Origin: the human T2T-CHM13v2.0 reference genome, Homo sapiens
Assembly (NCBI RefSeq): GCF_009914755.1
Contig: NC_060926.1
Length of the DNA: 64,000 nucleotides
Strand: one strand, 5' to 3'
Shown here piece after piece: positions 55,926-64,000 of the stretch. Under the pieces are notes generated by a model that saw only the letters and a program-made list of their open reading frames with translations, searched no databases and had not been told where the DNA came from. A program made the translations under genes and the position numbers. The first letter of the stretch is position 1, and each line of letters opens with the position of its first letter.

Positions 55926-56480
55926 GTTGAACATTCCCTTTCATAGAGCAGGTTTGAAACACTCTTTTTGTAGTATCTGGATGTGGACATTTGGAGCGCT
56001 TTCAGGCCTATGGTGAAAAAGGAAATATCTTCCCCTGAAAACTAGACAGAAGCATTCTCAGAATCTTATTTGTGATGTGCGCCCTCAACTAACAGTGTTG
56101 AACCTTTCTTTTGATAGAGCAGTTTTGAAACACACTTTTTGTAAAATCTGCAAGAGGATATTTGGATAGCTTTGAGGATTTCGTTGGAAACGGGATTGTC
56201 TTCATATAAACTCTAGACAGAAGCATTCTCAGAAGCTTCATTGGGATGTTTCAATTGAAGTCACAGTGTTGAACAGTCCCTTTCATAGAGCAGGTTTGAA
56301 ACACTCTTTTTGTAGTATCTGGAAGTGGACATTTGGAGCGTTCTCAGGACTACAGTGAAAAAGGAAATATCTTCCAATAAAAGCTAGATAGAAGCAATGT
56401 CAGAAAATTTTTCATGATGTATCTACTCAGCTAACAGAGTTGAACCTTTCTTTTGAGAGAGCAGTTTTGAAACACTCTTT
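55460..56480 (+). repeat. Second extended 6-mer HOR variant (1021 bp)
   Basis: HOR step 55460 to 56481 = 679+342. The monomer at ~55880-56050 begins aagcttcattgggatgtttcaattgaag and ends ctggatgtgg...ggcctatgg...cccctgaaaactag. Confidence 0.92.
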
Positions 56481-59400
56481 TTGTGGAATCTGCAAGTGGA
56501 TATTTGTCTAGCTTTGAGGATTGCGTTGGAAACGGGATTACATATAAAAAGCAGACAGCAGCATTCCCAGAAACTTCTTTGTGATATTTGCATTTAAGTT
56601 CCAGAGTTGAACATTCCCTTTCATAGAGCAGGTTTGAAACACTCTTTTTGTAGTATCTGGATGTGGACATTTGGAGCGCTTTCAGGCCTATGGTGAAAAA
56701 GGAAATATCTTCCCCTGAAAACTAGACAGAAGCATTCTGAGAAACTTATTTGTGATGTGCGCCCTCAACTAACAGTGTTGAACCTTTCTTTTGATAGAGC
56801 AGTTTTGAAACACTCTTTTTGTAAAATCTGCAAGAGGATATTTGGATAGCTTTGAGGATTTCGTTGGAAACGGGATTGTCTTCATATAGAATCTAGACAG
56901 AAGCATTCTCAGAAGCTTCATTGGGATGTTTCAATTGAAGTCACAGTGTTGAACAGTCCCTTTCATAGAGCAGGTTTGAAACACTCTTTTTGTAGTATCT
57001 GGAAGTGGACATTTGGAGCGTTCTCAGGACTACAGTGAAAAAGGAAATATCTTCCAATAAAAGCTAGATAGAATCAATGTCAGAAAATTGTTCATGATGT
57101 ATCTACTCAGCTAACAGAGTTGAACCTTTCTTTTGAGAGAGCAGTTTTGAAACACTCTTTTTGTGGAATCTGCAAGTGGATATTTGTCTAGCTTTGAGGA
57201 TTTCGTTGGAAACGGGATTACATATAAAAAGCAGACAGCAGCATTCCCAGAAACTTCTTTGTGATGTTTGCATTCAAGTCACAGAGTTGAACATTCCCTT
57301 TCATAGAGCAGGTTTGAAACACTCTTTTTGTAGTATCTGGATGTGGACATTTGGAGTGCTTTCAAGCCTATGGTGAAAAAGGAAATATCTTCCCCTGAAA
57401 ACTAGACAGAAGCATTCTCAGAAACTTATTTGTGATGTGCGCCCTCAACTAACAGTGTTGAATCTTTCTTTTGATAGAGCAGTTTTGAAACACTCTTTTT
57501 GTAAAATCTGCAAGAGGATATTTGGATAGATTTGAGGATTTCGTTGGAAACGGGATTGTCTTCATATAAAATGTAGACAGAAGCATTCTCAGAAGCTTCA
57601 TTGGGATGTTTCAATGGAAGTCACAGTGTTGATCAGTCCCTTTCATAGAGCAGGTTTGAAACACTCTTTTTGAAGTATCTGGAAGTGGACATTTGGAGCG
57701 TTCTCAGGACTACGGTGAAAAAGGAAATATCTTCCAATAAAAGTTAGATAGAAGCAATCTCAGAAACTTTTTCATGATGTATCCACTCAGCTAACAGAGT
57801 TGAACCTTTCTTTTGAGAGAGCCGTTTTGAAACACTCTTTTTGTGGAATCTGCAAGTGGATATTTGTTTAGTTTGAGGATTTCGTTGGAAACGGGATTAC
57901 ATATAAAAAGCAGACAGAAGCATTCCCAGAAACTTCTTTGTGATGTTTGCATTCAAGTCACAGAGTTGAACATTCCCTTTCATAGAGCAGGTTTGAAACA
58001 CTCTTTTTGTAGTATCTGGATGTGGACATTTGGAGCGCTTTCAGGCCTATGGTGAAAAAGGAAATATCTTCCCCTGAAAACTAGACAGAAGCATTCTCAG
58101 AAACTTATTTGTTATGTGCGCCCTCAACTAACAGTGTTGAAGCTTTCTTTTGATAGAGCAGTTTTGAAACACTCTTTTTGTAAAATCTGCAAGAGGATAT
58201 TTGGATAGCTTTTAGGATTTTGGTGGAAAAGGGATTGTCTTCATATAAACTCTAGCCAGTAGCATTCTCAGAAGCTTCATTGGGATGTTTCAATAGAAGT
58301 CACAGTGTTGAACATTCCCTTTCATAGAGCAGGTTTGAAACACTCTTTTTGTAGTATCTGGAAGTGGACATTTGGAGCGCTCTCAGGACTACGGTGAAAA
58401 AGGAAATATCTTCCAATAAAAGCTAGATAGAAGCAATGTCAGAAACTTTTTCATGATGTATCTACTCAGCTAACAGAATTGAACATTTTTTTTGAGAGAG
58501 CAGTTTTGAAACACTCTTTTTGTGGAATCTGCAGGTGGATATTTGTCTAGCTTTCAGAATTTCGTTGGAAACGGGATTAGATATAAAAAGCAGACAGCAG
58601 CATTCCCAGAAACTTCTTTGTGATGTTTGCATTCAAGTCACAGAGTTGAACATTCCCTTTCATAGAGCAGGTTTGAAACACTCTTTTTGTAGTATCTGGA
58701 TTTGGACATTTGGAGCGCTTTCAGGCCTATGGTGAAAAAGGAAATATCTTCCACTGAAAACTAGGCAGAAGTATTCTCTGAAACTTATTTGTGATGTGCG
58801 CCCTCAACTAACAGTGTTGAAGCTTTCTTTTGATAGAGCAGTTTTGAAACATTCTTTTTGTAAAATCTGCAAGAGGATATTTGGATAGCTTTGAGGATTT
58901 CGTTGGAAACGGGATTGTCTTCATATTAACCCTAGACAGTAGCATTCTCAGAAGCTTCATTGGGATGTTTCAATTGAAGTCACTGTGTTGAACAGTCCCT
59001 TTCATAGAGCAGGTTTGAAACACTCTTTTTGTAGCATCTGGAAGTGGACATTTGGAGCGTTCTCAGGACTACGGTGAACAAGGAAATATCTTCCAATAAA
59101 AGCTAGATAGAAGCAATATGAGAAACTTCTTCATGATGTATCTACTCAGCTAAAAGAGTTGAACCTTTCTTTTGAGAGAGCAGTTTTGAAACACTCTTTT
59201 TGTGGAATCTGCAAATGGATATTTGTCTAGCTTTGAGGATTTCGTTGGAAACAGGATTACATATAAAAAGCAGACAGCAGCATTCCCAGAAAGATCTTTG
59301 TGAAATTTGCATTGAAGTCACAGAGTTGAACATTCCCTTTCATAGAGCAGGTTTGAAACACTCTTTTTGTAGTATCTGGATGTGGAGATTTGGAGCGCTT

Positions 59401-62400
59401 TCAAGCCTATGGTGAAAAAGGAAATATCTTCCCCTGAAAACTAGACAGAAGCATTCTCAGAAACTTATTTGTGATGTGCGCCCTCAACTAACAGTGTTGA
59501 ACCTTTCTTTTGATAGAGCAGTTTTGAAACACTCTTTTTGTAAAATCTGCAAGAGGATATTTGGATAGCTTTGAGGATTTCGGTGGAAATGGGATTGTCT
59601 TCATATAAACTCTAGACAGTAGCATTCTCAGAAGCTTCATTGGGATGTTTCCATTGAAGTCACAGTGTTGAACTTTCCCTTTCATAGAGCAGGTTTGAAA
59701 CACTCTTTTTGTAGTATCTGGAAGTGGACATTTGGAGCGCTCTCAGGACTACGGTGAAAAAGGAAATATCTTCCAATAAAAGCTAGATAGAAGCAATGTC
59801 AGAAACTTTTTCATGATGTATCTACTCAGCTAACAGAGTTGAATATTTTTTTTGAGAGAGCAGTTTTGAAACACTCTTTTTGTGGCATCTGCAGGTGGAT
59901 ATTTGTCTAGCTTTCAGGATTTCGTTGGAAACGGGATTACATAAAAAAACAGACAGCAGCATTCCCAGAAACTTCTTTGTGATATTTGCATTCAAGTTCC
60001 AGAGTTGAACATTCCCTTTCATAGAGTAGGTTTGAAACACTCTTTTTGTAGTATCTGGATGTGGACATTTGGAGCGCTTTCAGGCCTATGGTGAAAAAGG
60101 AAATATCTTCCCCTGAAAACTAGACAGAAGCATTCTCAGAAACTTATTTGTGATGTGCGCCCTCAACTAACAGTGTTAAACGTTTCTTTTGATAGAGTAG
60201 TTTTGAAACACTCTTTTTGTAAAATCTGCAAGAGGATATTTGGATAGCTTTGAGGATTTCGTTGGAAACGGGATTGTCTTCATATAAACTCTAGACAGTA
60301 GCATTATCAGAAGCTTCATTGGGATGTTTCAACTGAAGTCACAGTGTTGAACAGTCCCTTTCATAGAGCAGGTTTGAAACACTCTTTTTGTAGTATCTGG
60401 AAGTGGACATTTGGAGCGCTGTCAGGACTACAGTGAAAAAGGAAATATCTTCCAATAAAAGCTAGATAGAAGCAATGTCAGAAAATTTTTCATGATGTAT
60501 CTACTCAGCTAACAGAGTTGAACCTTTCTTTTGAGAGAGCAGTTTTGAAACACTCTTTTTGTGGAATCTGCAAGTGCATATTTGTCTAGCTTTGAGGATT
60601 GCGTTGGAAACGGGATTACATATAAAAAGCAGACAGCAGCATTCCCAGAAACTTCTTTGTGATATTTGCATTCAAGTTCCAGAGTTGAACATTCCCTTTC
60701 ATAGAGTAGGTTTGAAACACTCTTTTTGTAGTATCTGGATGTGGACATTTGGAGCGCTTTCAGGCCTATGGTGAAAAAGGAAATATCTTCCCCTGAAAAC
60801 TAGACAGAAGCATTCTCAGAAACTTATTTGTGATGTGCGCCCTCAACTAACAGTGTTAAACCTTTCTTTTGATAGAGTAGTTTTGAAACACTCTTTTTGT
60901 AAAATCTGCAAGAGGATATTTGGATAGCTTTGAGGATTTCGTTGGAAACGGGATTGTCTTCATATAAAATCTAGACAGAAGCATTCTCAGAAGCTTCATT
61001 GGGATGTTTCAATTGAAGTCACAATGTTGAACAGTCCCTTTCATAGAGCAGGTTTGAAACACTCTTTTTGTAGTATCTGGAAGTGGACATTTGGAGCGCT
61101 CTCAGGACTACGGTGAAAAAGGAAATATCTTCCAATAAAAGCTAGATAGAAGCAATATCAGAAACTTTTTTATGACGTATCTACTCAGCTAACAGAGTTG
61201 AACCTTTGTTTTGAGAGAGCAGTTTTGAAACACTCTTTTTGTGGAATCTGCAAGTGGATATTTGTCTAGCTTTGAGGATTTCGTTGGAAACGGGATTACA
61301 TATAAAAAGCAGACAGCAGCATTCCCAGAAAGTACTTTGTGATGTTTGCATTCAAGTCACAGAGTTGAACATTCCCTTTCATAGAGCAGGTTTGAAACAC
61401 TCTTTTTGTAGTATCTGGATGTGGACATTTGGAGCGCTTTCAGGCCTATGGTGAAAAAGGTAGTATCTTCCCCTGAAAACTAGACAGAAGCATTCTCAGA
61501 AACTTATTTGTGATGTGCGCCCTCAACTAACAGTGTTGAAGCTTTCTTTTGATAGAGCAGTTTTGAGACACTCTTTTTGTACAATCTGCAAGAGGACATT
61601 TGGATAGCTTTGAGGATTTCGTTGGAAACGGGATTGTCTTCATATAAACTCTAGACAGAAGCATTCTCAGAAGCTTCATTGGGATGTTTCAATTGAAGTC
61701 ACAGTGTTGAACAGTCACTTTCATAGAGTAGGTTTGAAACACTCTTTTTGCAGTATCTGGAAGTGGACATTTGGAGAGTTCTCAGGAATATGGTGAAAAA
61801 GGAAATATCTTCCAATAAAAGCTAGATAGAAGCAATGTCAGAAAATTGTTCATGATGTATCTACTCAGCTAACAGAGTTGAACCTTTCTTTTGAGAGAGC
61901 AGTTTTGAAACACTCTTTTTGTGGAATCTGCAAGTGGATATTTGTCTAGCTTTGAGGATTTCGTTGGAAACGGGATTACATATAAAAAGCAGACAGCAGC
62001 ATTCCCAGAAACTTCTTTGTGATGTTTGCATTGAAGTCACAGAGTTGAACATTCCCTTTCATAGAGCAGGTTTGAAACACTCTTTTTGTAGTATCTGGAT
62101 GTGGACATTTGGAGCGCTTTCAAGCCTATGGTGAAAAAGGAAATATCTTCCCCAGAAAACTAGACAGAAGCATTCTCAGAAACTTATTTGTGATGTGCGC
62201 CCTCAACTAACAGTGTTAAACCTTTCTTTTCATAGAGTAGTTTTGAAACACTCTTTTTGTAAAATCTGCAAGAGGATATTTGGATAGCTTTGAGGATTTC
62301 GTTGGAAACGGGATTGTCTTCATATAAACTCTAGACAGAAGCATTCTCAGAAGCTTCATTGGGATGTTTCAATTGAAGTCACAGTGTTGAACAGTCCCTT

Positions 62401-64000
62401 TCATAGAGCAGGTTTGAAACACTCTTTTTGTAGTATCTGGAAGTGGACATTTGGAGCGCTCTCAGGACTACGGTGAAAAAGGAAATATCTTCCAATAAAA
62501 GCTAGATAGAAGCAATATCAGAAACTTTTTTATGACGTATCTACTCAGCTAACAGAGTTGAACCTTTCTTTTGAGAGAGCAGTTTTGAAACACTCTTTTT
62601 GTGGAATCTGCAAGTGGATATTTGTCTAGCTTTGAGGATTGCGTTGGAAACGGGATTACATATAAAAAGCAGACAGCAGCATTCCCAGAAACTACTTTGT
62701 GATGTTTGCATTCAAGTCACAGAGTTGAACATTCCCTTTCATAGAGCAGGTTTGAAACACTCTTTTTGTAGTATCTGGATGTGGACATTTGGAGCGCTTT
62801 CAGGCCTATGGTGAAAAAGGAAGTATCTTCCCCTGAAAACTAGACAGAAGCATTCTCAGAAACTTATTTGTGATGCGCACCCTCAACTAACAGTGCTGAA
62901 GCTTTCTTTTGATAGAGCAGTTTTGAAACACTCTTTTTGTAAAATCTGCAAGAGGATATTTGGATAGCTTTGAGGATTTCGGTGGAAATGGGATTGTCTT
63001 CATATAAACTCTAGACAGTAGCATTCTCAGAAGCTTCATTGGGATGTTTCAATTGAAGTCACAGTGTTGAACAGTCCCTTTCATAGAGCAGGTTTGAAAC
63101 ACTCTTTTTGTAGCATCTGGAAGTGGACATTTGGAGCGCTCTCAGGGCTACGGTGAAAAAGGAAATATCTTCCAATAAAAGCTAGATAGAAGCAATGTGA
63201 GAAACTTTTTCATGATGTATGTACTCAGCTAAAAGAGTTGAACCTTTCTTTTGAGAGAGCAGTTTTGAAACACTCTTTTTGTGGAATCTGCAAGTGGATA
63301 TTTGTCTAGCTTTGAGGATTTCTTTGGAAACGGGATTACATATAAAAAGCAGACAGCAGCATTCCCAGAAACTTCTTTGTGATGTTTGCATTCAAGTCAC
63401 AGAGTTGAACATTCCCTTTCATAGAGCAGGTTTGAAACACTCTTTTTGTAGTATCTGGATGTGGACATTTGGAGCGCTCTCAGGCCTATGGTGAAAAAGG
63501 AAATATCTTCCCCTGAAAACTAGACAGAAGCATTCTCAGAAACTTATTTGTGATGTGCGCCCTCAACTAACAGTGTTGAACTTTTCTTTTGATAGAGCAG
63601 TTTTGAAACACTCTTTTTGTAAAATCTGCAAGAGGATATTTGGATAGCTTTGAGGATTTCGTTGGAAACGGGATTGTCTTCACATACAATCTAGACAGAA
63701 GCATTCTCAGAAGCTTCATTGGGATGTTTCAATTGAAGTCACAGTGTTGAACAGTCCCTTTCGTAGAGCAGGTTTGAAACACTCTTTTTGTAATATCTGG
63801 AAGTGGAGATTTGGAGCGCTCTCAGGACTACGGTGAAAAAGGAAATATCTTCCAATAAAAGCTAGACAGAAGCAATGTCAGAAACTTTTTCATGATGTAT
63901 CTACTAAGCTAACAGAGTTGAACCTTTTTTTTGAGAGAGCCGTTTTGAAACACTCTTTTTGTTGGATCTGCAGGTGGATATTTGTCTAGCTTTGAGGATT

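Larger units (their letters stand above)
1..64000 (+). repeat. Centromeric alpha satellite array, 680-bp 4-mer HOR (SF2-type dimeric), most likely human chr2 D2Z1 / S2C2H1L
   Basis: Seen: equivalent box positions at 107, 274, 445, 616, 787 give monomer spacings of 167/171/171/171 = 680 bp. The ORF track recurs every 680 bp (67, 747, 1427, ...). Typical alphoid motifs are present (cattctcagaaact, gttttgaaacactctttttgt). There is one XbaI TCTAGA (478-483) and one conserved HindIII AAGCTT (499-504) per typical HOR. Alpha satellite identity is essentially certain; the chr2/D2Z1 assignment rests on recalled HOR size and XbaI periodicity and is less certain (~0.8). Confidence 0.98.

Noticed and set aside
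67-63494. About 90 near-identical 66-75 aa plus-strand ORFs (MWNLQVDICLAL...), resembling a tandem gene family
   Set aside because: They are one stop-free frame of the HOR and mostly start at TTG/GTG inside a T-tract. Frameshifts and stops disrupt them freely (e.g. ~28950, 30309, 43564, 44244, 52061). There is no gene structure, so I used them only as HOR markers.
1-64000. CRISPR-like or diversity-generating cassette interpretation of the regular repeats
   Set aside because: There are no unique spacers, no cas, reverse transcriptase or recombinase genes, and the entire unit repeats. CENP-B boxes and 171-bp periodicity identify it as alpha satellite.
1-64000. L1/Alu insertions, inversions, monomeric alpha or other satellite blocks
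   Set aside because: None was seen. HOR register is continuous on one strand, and every length deviation is explained by 1-3 bp indels or 342-bp dimer shifts.
1-64000. Assignment to other SF2 arrays (chr9, chr18, chr20 and others) or calling this the CENP-A/kinetochore site
   Set aside because: The basic period is a 4-mer with no stable 7-, 8-, 12- or 16-mer structure, which favours D2Z1, though alignment to reference HORs is needed. Kinetochore position is epigenetic and cannot be read from sequence.

Overview
The whole 64 kb is one uninterrupted, head-to-tail array of primate centromeric alpha satellite in a single orientation. It has ~171-bp monomers organised as a 680-bp 4-mer higher-order repeat (HOR; 167+171+171+171 bp, about 94 copies). 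CENP-B-box monomers alternate strictly with pJ-alpha (A-box) monomers, which is the dimeric suprachromosomal family 2 pattern. A 680-bp 4-mer cut once by XbaI best fits human chromosome 2 D2Z1 (S2C2H1L); this comes from recall, not a database search. I see no genes, RNA genes, transposon insertions, inversions or CRISPR arrays, and the ORF track is a by-product of the repeat. I found no new gene system. The informative content is the array's internal history: four dimer-shift HOR variants (two 338-bp 2-mers and two ~1021-bp 6-mers) that look like reciprocal out-of-register exchanges, nested multi-HOR duplications (offsets 1360, 2717, 3399, 8154, 9175, ~18011, 20046 bp), amplified runs of disabled CENP-B boxes, and a shift from a homogeneous left half to a more diverged right half. 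All comparisons were made by eye, so breakpoints are approximate unless a diagnostic base is cited.
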